This document shows positions 35,208-43,085 of a stretch of DNA of 53,683 nucleotides, piece after piece. Each line of letters begins with the position of its first letter. Position 1 is the first letter of the stretch. The notes under the pieces were generated by a model. That model had not been told where the DNA came from and ran no database searches. It saw only the letters and a program-made list of their open reading frames with translations. The stretch lies in the NCBI GenBank assembly GCA_964362795.1, contig CAYIFW010000001.1, forward strand, positions 14,483 to 68,165, read 5' to 3'. Both the position numbers and the translations under genes were made by a program. The DNA is from an uncultured Planctomycetales bacterium (GTDB taxonomy: Bacteria > Omnitrophota > Gorgyraeia > Gygaellales > Profunditerraquicolaceae).

Positions 35208-36163
35208 ACACTGGCCTCTTTATATTTTTTTATTAAATTCACCACTTTATTTTGATCCATAATCCCGCAGATCTCTTCGCCGACTTTTAACACCGGCGCC
35301 AGACCGCAGCAACCCAGGCAACGCACAGTCTTAAGCGTAAAAAGCATATCTTCGGTAGTCTGGCCTCTTTTTATTTTCAACTCTTCCTCGAGGGCATAAA
35401 GAACTTTTTCAGCCCCCTTAACATGGCAGGCGGTTCCGGTGCAAACAGTAATTACATTCTTACCGATCGGCACTAAACTAAAAGAACTATAAAAAGTCGC
35501 CGTGCGATAAATTAAACTTAAAGGTATATTCAGGTCCTTAGACACATGCTTGAGAATGGCTTCCGGAAGGTAATTGTAGGTTTTATTAATCCTCTGCAAA
35601 ATAGGAACCACCGCTTCCTCTACCTGTTCATAGGCATCGCTGATTTGCTTTAATTTGGCCTGATCATCCGAATCAAACTTAATCTTATGCATTCTTTCCG
35701 TTGACGGCAAAATTTCTTGCTGCACGATCTTAAAACTCCAGCGTAATTTCGCGTCAAAAGAGCGCCTTCTAATTATTGTCTTAACCGTCTCCAGAAAATC
35801 AGGAATCATTATCTCAATATCTTTTTTTATTTTAACCTGACAAGCCAGGCGCATATTTGAAAGCCTCTCCTCCCTACTCATAAAGGCTTCTTCCGTAGGA
35901 AGCAGCGACTCGCCGCCGCTTAACACTTTTACCTTGCAATATCCGCAACTAGCCTTACCACCGCAAGCGCTAGATATATTAATCTTATTTTCCGTCAAAA
36001 CCGGCAGAAGAAAACCGCCTCCTTGAACAATAAATACTTTTTTCTCATCATTCTGGTTTACGGTTACCTTGCATTCCCCGTAAGTAACCAGATACTTCTC
36101 GGCTATTAAAAGGATTATGGCAATTACCACCAAAACCATGTTCATTATGAAAATAGCTATCAT
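35204..36163 (-). CDS. Fusion protein: TM helix plus NqrF-type plant-like 2Fe-2S ferredoxin domain plus NuoE/HydC-type thioredoxin-like 2Fe-2S domain
   Basis: 319 aa. N-terminal MIAIFIMNMVLVVIAIILLIAEKYL, then SACGGKASCGYCKVKV...LACQV (NqrF N-terminal pattern). There is no FAD/NADH domain. The C-terminal half carries ATFYSSFSL.P.GK..I.VCTGTACHVKGA...CLGCCGLAP (NuoE pattern). ATGA overlaps occur at both ends. Confidence 0.8.
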   Translation of the reverse strand: MIAIFIMNMVLVVIAIILLIAEKYLVTYGECKVTVNQNDEKKVFIVQGGGFLLPVLTENKINISSACGGKASCGYCKVKVLSGGESLLPTEEAFMSREERLSNMRLACQVKIKKDIEIMIPDFLETVKTIIRRRSFDAKLRWSFKIVQQEILPSTERMHKIKFDSDDQAKLKQISDAYEQVEEAVVPILQRINKTYNYLPEAILKHVSKDLNIPLSLIYRTATFYSSFSLVPIGKNVITVCTGTACHVKGAEKVLYALEEELKIKRGQTTEDMLFTLKTVRCLGCCGLAPVLKVGEEICGIMDQNKVVNLIKKYKEASV

Positions 36164-36753
36164 TGTAAGGTAATTATTCCGGCAAAACCCGTAAAAGCCA
36201 GCGCCATTAATCCGGCTACAATCATCGTAATACCTGAACCACGCAGCCCTTCGGGAATATCACTAACTAACAATAATTTCTCTTTGATTGCCGCCATAAG
36301 CACAATTGCCAATGCCCAGCCGGCGGAGGTGCCTAAAGAATAACATACGGTCTGGATAAAAGAATATTTTCTTAAAACCATAAATAAAGAAACCGCTAGA
36401 ACTATACAGTTGACGGTAATCAACGGCAAAAATATCCCGAATGAAGATTGCAGGGGAGGAAAGAATTTCTCAATAATCATTTCCAATAGCTGCACCGTAG
36501 CGGCAATAACAATAATAAAAATCAGGTAGGAAATAATCTCGGCATGCGCCGGCACCAGAATTTTCCAATAGATCGGCCAGTTAATTACCGCAGTTAGTGT
36601 AACTACGAAAATAATGGAGAGCCCCATACCGCTGGCGGTTTTCAGATTTCTAGAAATAACAATCAGCGGGCACATCCCCAAGATGTAAGCTAAAGCGATA
36701 TTATGGGTGAAGATAGACGCGACCAGTAATACCCAAGGATTAGTGGGATTCAT
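36160..36753 (-). CDS. nqrE: NqrE/RnfA-family membrane subunit
   Basis: 197 aa. LGMCP, VQLLEMIIEKFFPPL, GIFLPLITVNC and GLRGSGITMIVAGLMALAF, close by eye to Vibrio NqrE as I recall it. Confidence 0.85.
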   Translation of the reverse strand: MNPTNPWVLLVASIFTHNIALAYILGMCPLIVISRNLKTASGMGLSIIFVVTLTAVINWPIYWKILVPAHAEIISYLIFIIVIAATVQLLEMIIEKFFPPLQSSFGIFLPLITVNCIVLAVSLFMVLRKYSFIQTVCYSLGTSAGWALAIVLMAAIKEKLLLVSDIPEGLRGSGITMIVAGLMALAFTGFAGIITLQ

Positions 36754-36755
36754 CT

Positions 36756-37388
36756 CTAATTACTCTCTTTCTTAAATATCGTCCTAAATATCCACAGATA
36801 CACGCCCAAAAGAAAAAACGCTCCCGGGGCAATCGTTAAAATAACCCAATTCTCCCAGAAAGCCGGCATCACTCTGTGCCCAAAAAATGTCCCAAAACCC
36901 AGCGGCTCCCGAATAAATGCCATCAGAATCAACATAAAACTATAACCTAAACCGGAACCTATCCCGTCTAAAAAAGAAAACCACGGCCCGTTTTTAATCG
37001 CATACCCCTCAGCTCTACCCATCAGAATACAGTTAGTAATAATCAAGCCGACATACGGGCCCATCGCCTCGCTGATCGGAGGAAAATACGCCTTAAGAAA
37101 TCTATCCACGCAAATAACAAAAGTAGCAATAATCGTCATATAAGCCAGCATTCTTACTCTGGAAGGTATAACGTTTCTCAACAAAGAAACCAGAAGCGAG
37201 CCAAAGGCTGTGCAAAAAGTAACACCGATACCCATAGCAAAGGCGTTATCCATCCGGTTAGTAATCGCCAAGGAAGAACAAATACCTAAAATCATACAAA
37301 AAATAGGGTTCTCCTGGATGACGCCAAAAGTCAGGGCCTTAAACCACCCGGCCTGGCTAATTTTCTTTTTATTCTTATCTATCGCCAT
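36756..37388 (-). CDS. nqrD: NqrD/RnfE-family membrane subunit
   Basis: 210 aa. LGICSSLAIT, VDRFLKAY, VGLIITNCILMGRAEGYA and DGIGSGLGY. Confidence 0.85.
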   Translation of the reverse strand: MAIDKNKKKISQAGWFKALTFGVIQENPIFCMILGICSSLAITNRMDNAFAMGIGVTFCTAFGSLLVSLLRNVIPSRVRMLAYMTIIATFVICVDRFLKAYFPPISEAMGPYVGLIITNCILMGRAEGYAIKNGPWFSFLDGIGSGLGYSFMLILMAFIREPLGFGTFFGHRVMPAFWENWVILTIAPGAFFLLGVYLWIFRTIFKKESN

Positions 37389-37391
37389 CGA

Positions 37392-37964
37392 CTACCCTTT
37401 CAACGCAGACAAATATTTCTGCACATTTTCATTAATCAATTTCTCCAAGGCCCGGCTGGAACCGGTTGCCCCGGTTATCGCGTCCACTTCATTTTTTTGC
37501 CTAGATGTCCCTTCGGCAACAAAAACTAATTTAGGCAGAACCTCTTTATTTTTAAAATTTTTCAGGTAATCCTGATCGCCGATCCTGCTGCCTAATCCGG
37601 GAGTCTCCTCTTGATAAGTGATTTTAATTTTACGAATAGTCTTTAAATCTTTCTCCAGGCTGATAATACCGGAAATCGGCCCCCACAATCCCGGACCGTG
37701 GAATTCAAAAGCAATCCCCCCATCAACAGCGCTATAAAAAGTATAAATATCTTTATTTACAGTTTTTACCTGAGCGTCAAATATTTTTATCACGCTATCT
37801 TTAGCATAAGCAATTTCAAGAGCTGCCAATATCGAGGATTTTAATTTCAATTCGTCATTTTTAGCAATTAAATAAGCTGTGGAAAGATTTATCCCTAAGA
37901 GCAGGCCTCCGGAGATCGAGCCCATCAATATCACAAAAATTATTACTCTTATGGCGTTTTTCAC
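37392..37964 (-). CDS. nqrC: NqrC/RnfG-family FMN-binding subunit
   Basis: 190 aa. N-terminal TM helix, HGPGLWGPI, ETPGLG and the flavinylation motif DAITGAT. Confidence 0.8.
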   Translation of the reverse strand: MKNAIRVIIFVILMGSISGGLLLGINLSTAYLIAKNDELKLKSSILAALEIAYAKDSVIKIFDAQVKTVNKDIYTFYSAVDGGIAFEFHGPGLWGPISGIISLEKDLKTIRKIKITYQEETPGLGSRIGDQDYLKNFKNKEVLPKLVFVAEGTSRQKNEVDAITGATGSSRALEKLINENVQKYLSALKG

Positions 37965-39031
37965 TGGGTTTTATACCTCAATTTCAATACGACCGAATCG
38001 ATCAACGGAGTAAAAACATTAACTAAAAGTATGCTAAACATTACCCCTTCGACATAGCCTGAAAACCCGCGGATTAAAGCGGTAAGTATGCCCAATAAAA
38101 CTCCGGCCACCCATTTTCCCGGTTTAGTAAACGGGCTGGTTACCGGATCGGTGGCCATAAAAAACGCGCCGAGAAGCAGCCCGCCGGATAAAAGCTGAAA
38201 CGCCGGAGCCGCCAGATGGCTATGAAAAAAAGTATTGCCGATTAAAGCAAATAACGGCGCGGTAATTAAATAAGCTAATGGGATACGCCAGTCGACTATT
38301 TTGGTAAAAATTAAAAATAAGCCTCCGGCAATTATACCGATGCGAAAAGTCTCGCCGATACAGCCGGCGCCTGAGCCAAGCAGCATATTTATCCAGGGAG
38401 TAACGATACCCTGATTTTTAAACAACACCAAAGGGGTGGCCTTAACAATCGCATCGATAGTATTCTGATAATGCGCCAACCCTCCCCAGCCTGAAGAAAA
38501 TGGCACCTGCCAATTTACCGACATTATCCTGGGGAAAGCGACGCTTAAAAAAATCCTTCCCACAATCGCCGGATTAAAAATATTCCTACCAGTGCCGCCA
38601 AAAGCCTCTTTGCCGAAGATCACCCCGAACATTATTCCCACCGCCACGATCCATAACGGCACCCCGGGTGGCAAAATCAAAGGAAAGATAAGCCCGGTGA
38701 CCAGAAAGCCTTCATGGATTTCTTTTTTGCGGACAATAGCAAACCCAACTTCGACCAGGCCGCCAAAAATATAAGATACCGCAATCACCGCCAAAACCCG
38801 CAAACCCCAAAAATACACCGAAGCGATAACCACCGGAACCAAAGCAATCACCACCATAAACATAAATCTTTTTATATCCAGGTAATCGGTAATATGCGGA
38901 ATAATATTTATTTTATCCGTGCCAAAAAGCGCCTCATCCGCGGCATTTAAAATCGGCTTCAACGGATTAAGATATTTATTTTTCTCAATTACCGCCTGAA
39001 TCTTTTTTAAGGCTGTTCTGATGATTTTCAT
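37961..39031 (-). CDS. nqrB: NqrB/RnfD-family membrane subunit
   Basis: 356 aa. NqrB-like N-terminal extension (KKIQAVIEKNKYLNPLKPILNAADEALF...LDIKRFMFMV), DAIVKATPL (candidate FMN-Thr site) and FFMATDPVTSP. Confidence 0.85.
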   Translation of the reverse strand: MKIIRTALKKIQAVIEKNKYLNPLKPILNAADEALFGTDKINIIPHITDYLDIKRFMFMVVIALVPVVIASVYFWGLRVLAVIAVSYIFGGLVEVGFAIVRKKEIHEGFLVTGLIFPLILPPGVPLWIVAVGIMFGVIFGKEAFGGTGRNIFNPAIVGRIFLSVAFPRIMSVNWQVPFSSGWGGLAHYQNTIDAIVKATPLVLFKNQGIVTPWINMLLGSGAGCIGETFRIGIIAGGLFLIFTKIVDWRIPLAYLITAPLFALIGNTFFHSHLAAPAFQLLSGGLLLGAFFMATDPVTSPFTKPGKWVAGVLLGILTALIRGFSGYVEGVMFSILLVNVFTPLIDSVVLKLRYKTQ

Positions 39032-40434
39032 TTTTTAACGTGGAATCCTTCGGCTAATAATTTTTTCTGGCCTTCCTGAATATATTTTAATAACGGTATT
39101 TTTGACGGGCAGACAAAACTGCATAAACCGCATTCAATACAATTAAAAATTTCATAATTGATCAAAATCTCATCAATAATCTCTTTGCGGACATATTTAA
39201 CTAATAAGTGCGGGATAATCATTGCCGGGCAGCTATACTCGCAAAAACCGCAGGATATACAAGGCCTTTCTTCGCCATGCTGATTAGTATCCACGGATTT
39301 TTTTATCCCCGGAAGCCAATGCGCCAGAAACGCTCTGCTGTAAGAATCCTGCCTGCACCCGGGCCGCGCAAAAGCTAAAAATTCTCTTCCTTTACTATCA
39401 GCAATAGCAATAATCTGCGCAAACGTCTTATCGATAGGAGACAAAAGAGCCTTTAATTCCTGGCCGGTAAACAAACTATTCAAGATTAACCTTATCGATT
39501 CATCGGATTTCAACCTACCCTCGATAATTTCATGCAAAGGCGTCCCCAGGCGCACCTTTAAATGAATATTCTCTTTAAAAGAAGGCCCGCTTAAGGCGAC
39601 AATCTTTTCAATAAAAGGCTTCCCTAAAGCTACCGCATCATAGACAGCTAATACCTCCTCTGCCGACAACAGGATTACGCCAATATCAGATGCGCAACCG
39701 CCATGCGGAATTTTTTTCTGCAACAAGGTTGATAAAAGCACTTGCTGGCAACCTTGAGGATATTTCGGCTCAACCGTACAAAGATTAAACCAATCCAAAT
39801 GCGCCGTTAATTTAGAAATTTCATTAATTATTTTCTTATTTTTCCGGCTGAACACCAAATTAACTTGAGCCGAGGGCATAATCTTTTTTAATATATTTAT
39901 CCCTGCGATAAAATTTAACGTATTTTCCCCTTCTAAAATTAAATCTAAGGAATAATTATAAGGTTCCGAGGCTGTCTCCTGGACAATAATCTGCGTAATC
40001 TTTCCCGAAGAATCCGCGGGTAAGCCTAACGCCCCGGAAAGAAAAATTAATTCTTTTATTTTTTCATTATTTAATTTCTGCCAGGAAGCCAGCTGGCCTC
40101 CCAGGGGTTTAACTTGACGGGAAGTATCACTACTGCGGATGACAATTATCGCAGATTCGCTTTTTGACTCCTTCGGATACTTAATATCTTCGACAATACC
40201 ATTCACCGAAGCATGCGCCGGGCTTAAAATATCAGCAGCATCTTTACCGATTATTTGGCCGGCAAAAACTATATCTCCTTTTTTTACCAGGGGTTTTACT
40301 TCAGCCTTAGAACTTCGGCTCAACGGAATAAGCACCCGTAAAGGAAGCTCGGCTAATGAAAGCAGCGGTTTGGCTTGGCCGGGATAATTCTTAAACCTGA
40401 AGCCTCCCTTAAATGTGCGTAAATGCTTTAACAT
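39028..40434 (-). CDS. NqrA/RnfC-family peripheral subunit that retains two [4Fe-4S] motifs
   Basis: 468 aa. N-terminal barrel-like VLIPL...VKKGDIVFAGQIIG, KYPQG, and C-terminal CISCGFCEYSCP and CIECGLCSFVCPSK. I saw no GGAGFPT-type flavin/NADH motif (GALGLPADSSGK occupies that position). Confidence 0.8.
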   Translation of the reverse strand: MLKHLRTFKGGFRFKNYPGQAKPLLSLAELPLRVLIPLSRSSKAEVKPLVKKGDIVFAGQIIGKDAADILSPAHASVNGIVEDIKYPKESKSESAIIVIRSSDTSRQVKPLGGQLASWQKLNNEKIKELIFLSGALGLPADSSGKITQIIVQETASEPYNYSLDLILEGENTLNFIAGINILKKIMPSAQVNLVFSRKNKKIINEISKLTAHLDWFNLCTVEPKYPQGCQQVLLSTLLQKKIPHGGCASDIGVILLSAEEVLAVYDAVALGKPFIEKIVALSGPSFKENIHLKVRLGTPLHEIIEGRLKSDESIRLILNSLFTGQELKALLSPIDKTFAQIIAIADSKGREFLAFARPGCRQDSYSRAFLAHWLPGIKKSVDTNQHGEERPCISCGFCEYSCPAMIIPHLLVKYVRKEIIDEILINYEIFNCIECGLCSFVCPSKIPLLKYIQEGQKKLLAEGFHVKK

Positions 40435-40487
40435 AAGCGTTTTTTCAATATTGACCGGTTAAATGGGGATTAAATAAATGAAGATTA

Positions 40488-40516
40488 TTTATAGCACCTG
40501 TTAGCGCTATTGGCAA
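40488..40516 (-). promoter_or_regulatory. Candidate sigma70 promoter of the NQR-like operon
   Basis: On the minus strand: TTGCCA (40516-40511), a 17-nt spacer, then TATAAA (40493-40488), 54 nt upstream of the ATG at 40434. Confidence 0.4.
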
Positions 40517-40568
40517 GTATTTTTTATCTAATTTGCCTTAAATTACCGAACCAACCAGGACAGCCGAT

Positions 40569-40973
40569 TTATTCGGTTTTAGTAGCAATATTCAAATTTT
40601 TAATGCCCAATTCGTTAAATATATCCAAGAGCCCCACAATATCCTTGAACCTGACCATCCGATCCGAAAACAAAATCACCTCTAAAGCCGGATTAGCCTG
40701 ATACAGCTTGGCGACATCGGTTTTAAGCGCCTTCTTTAAAGTCAGCTTATTATCCAAATAAATCAAACCTTCGCTGGTTATCATAATATTAACTTGCCTG
40801 GCATCCTTATTCGGTTCTCCGGTTGTTGAGCTGGGTAAATTAATTTTAATATTTGACTGCATAACCAGCGGCGTGGTAACCATAAATATAGCCATCAACA
40901 CCAAAATTATATCCGTAAACGGAGCAGTATTTATCTCGGTGAATGCCTTCTGCCTTCTGGTGGGATTTCTCAT
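40569..40973 (-). CDS. exbD: ExbD/TolR biopolymer transport protein
   Basis: 134 aa. Single N-terminal TM helix (PFTDIILVLMAIFMVTTPL) and a periplasmic domain. Confidence 0.88.
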   Translation of the reverse strand: MRNPTRRQKAFTEINTAPFTDIILVLMAIFMVTTPLVMQSNIKINLPSSTTGEPNKDARQVNIMITSEGLIYLDNKLTLKKALKTDVAKLYQANPALEVILFSDRMVRFKDIVGLLDIFNELGIKNLNIATKTE

Positions 40974-41587
40974 TTTTTTATTATGCTGATCAAATCCATA
41001 GTTTCAGAAGCCGCTAACTCCATATCCTTAATAAAATCATCTATCTTTTTCATAAAATAATTGTACGCGGCTACCGCTGGTACGGCTACACAAAGCCCCG
41101 CAGCCGTGGTCGATAATGCCTCTGATATTCCACCGATAATCACGCCTATGCCTCCGGAACCGCTAATCGACACATCGTGAAAAGCCTTCAGTATTCCCAA
41201 GATCGTTCCCAAGAGCCCAATATAAACGGCAACGCTTCCGATCGTGCCAACCCCTGAAGTAAAACGTTCCAGGGTAACGGTCTCAATAATAATCTGTCGC
41301 TCCATATTATTAGATATCTCTTTTTCACTGCAATCAAGAAAGCTTAAGCCTGCGTGAGTTACTTGGGCAAAAGGAGCGTTGCTGCTTTCGCATATTTTTA
41401 TTGCCCGGCCTAGATCTTTATTTTTAAGTTCCTGACGGATAGTTAACATAAAATCCTTACGCTTAAGTTTGGCTTTTTTACGATAGAAAATAAACCTCTC
41501 TAAAATAATAGCTACGGATACTACCGACATAACTAAAAGCACAACCATGGTAACGCCGCCAATTTTAACTAAATACCATATATTCAT
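40970..41587 (-). CDS. exbB: MotA/TolQ/ExbB proton channel protein
   Basis: 205 aa with three TM segments and GTIGSVAVYIGLLGTILGI...ALSTTAAGL. GGAGG precedes the ATG. Confidence 0.88.
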   Translation of the reverse strand: MNIWYLVKIGGVTMVVLLVMSVVSVAIILERFIFYRKKAKLKRKDFMLTIRQELKNKDLGRAIKICESSNAPFAQVTHAGLSFLDCSEKEISNNMERQIIIETVTLERFTSGVGTIGSVAVYIGLLGTILGILKAFHDVSISGSGGIGVIIGGISEALSTTAAGLCVAVPAVAAYNYFMKKIDDFIKDMELAASETMDLISIIKK

Positions 41588-41642
41588 AATAAATCCTCCA
41601 ATTAGGCCTATTTTACACTAAATTTTTAAAAAGTCTTGATTT

Positions 41643-43085
41643 TTATAGCTTAGGCAGGGTGGAATCACCCATCAGATATTTATCAATATGATGGGCAGCT
41701 CGCCGGCCTTCAGCGATCGCCCAGACAATCAGTGACTGGCCACGGCGCATATCTCCACAGGCAAACACTTTTTTCTTAGAGGTCATAAAATTGTCGCCGG
41801 TTTTTACATTTCCTTTATTATCCAAATCTAACTTAAGCTCCTCAATAATCCCTTTTTTCTCAGGATGCAAAAACCCTAAAGCCAAAATTACCAGATCCGC
41901 CTGGATTTCAAACTCTGAACCCACTATCTCCTGCAGTATCGAACACCCCGAAGCATCTTGCTTAAATTCAACTCTTACGCAAGAAAGTTTTTCTACTTTA
42001 CCAGCTGAGCCGATAATTTTCTTGGTTAATACCGACCAATCTCTTTGCCCGCCCTCATCATGGCTAGTAGAAGATTTAAGTAAAAGCGGATACTTGGGCC
42101 AAGAATAATCCTGGGTGCGGCAAATCGGAGGTTTAGGCATAATTTCTATCTGGCTAACGCATGTTGCGCCCTGACGGTGCGCCACCCCGACACAATCCGC
42201 TCCGGTATCTCCGCCTCCGATAACCACTACATTTTTATTTTTAGCATCAATCAATTTATCCGCCGGTATTATCTGACCTTCTATTCTTTTATTAGATTGA
42301 ATTAAATACTCCATGGCAAAATTTACTCCAGCCAAGTTCCTGTCTTCAATATTCAGATCCCGCGGAAAACGTGATCCACAGGCAATAGAAACCGCATCAA
42401 ACTCATTAAGCAATTGCTTAATTTCATAATCAACCCCTATATTTGCACTGGTCTTAAATTTTATTCCTTCTTTTTCTAAAATCTTGACCCTGCGATCAAT
42501 TATCTTTTTTTCCAGCTTAAACTCAGGAATACCGTAGCGCAAAATTCCACCAACGGCATCATCTCTTTCAAAAACTGTTACCCTATGCCCGGCCGAATTT
42601 AATTGGTCCGCGCAAGCCAGTCCCGCCGGGCCTGAACCAACCACCGCGATTTTTTTGCCTGTTCTTTGCTTAACAATCCGCGGTTTAATCAGTCCATGCT
42701 TAAAAGCGTATTCAATAATGCCCAATTCATTCTCCCGAATGGTTACCGGATCATCATTAATTCCCAAAACACAGGCATATTCACAAAGCGCCGGACAAAT
42801 TCTTCCGGTAATCTCAGGAAAATTATTCGTAGCCTCGAGTAAATCCAAAGCTTTCTCCCATTGATTATGAAAAACAAGGTCATTGTATTCCGGTATATAA
42901 TTACCGATGGGGCAGCCGCAGTGGCAAAAAGGCGTGCCGCAATCCATACAGCGCGATGACTGTTCCTTATTTTGAGTTTCGCTGCGCAATAAATTAACCT
43001 CGGCGAAATCTTTTATTCTTTCGCAAACCGGCCGATACGTTCCCGGCTGTCGCTTAACTTTTAAAAATCCCTTTGGATCACCCAT
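41643..43085 (-). CDS. gltD: Glutamate synthase small subunit (NADPH)
   Basis: 480 aa. CMDCGTPFCH, CPALCEYAC, VVGSGPAGLACA, VIGGGDTGADC and ACGDMRRGQSL. Confidence 0.93.
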   Translation of the reverse strand: MGDPKGFLKVKRQPGTYRPVCERIKDFAEVNLLRSETQNKEQSSRCMDCGTPFCHCGCPIGNYIPEYNDLVFHNQWEKALDLLEATNNFPEITGRICPALCEYACVLGINDDPVTIRENELGIIEYAFKHGLIKPRIVKQRTGKKIAVVGSGPAGLACADQLNSAGHRVTVFERDDAVGGILRYGIPEFKLEKKIIDRRVKILEKEGIKFKTSANIGVDYEIKQLLNEFDAVSIACGSRFPRDLNIEDRNLAGVNFAMEYLIQSNKRIEGQIIPADKLIDAKNKNVVVIGGGDTGADCVGVAHRQGATCVSQIEIMPKPPICRTQDYSWPKYPLLLKSSTSHDEGGQRDWSVLTKKIIGSAGKVEKLSCVRVEFKQDASGCSILQEIVGSEFEIQADLVILALGFLHPEKKGIIEELKLDLDNKGNVKTGDNFMTSKKKVFACGDMRRGQSLIVWAIAEGRRAAHHIDKYLMGDSTLPKL

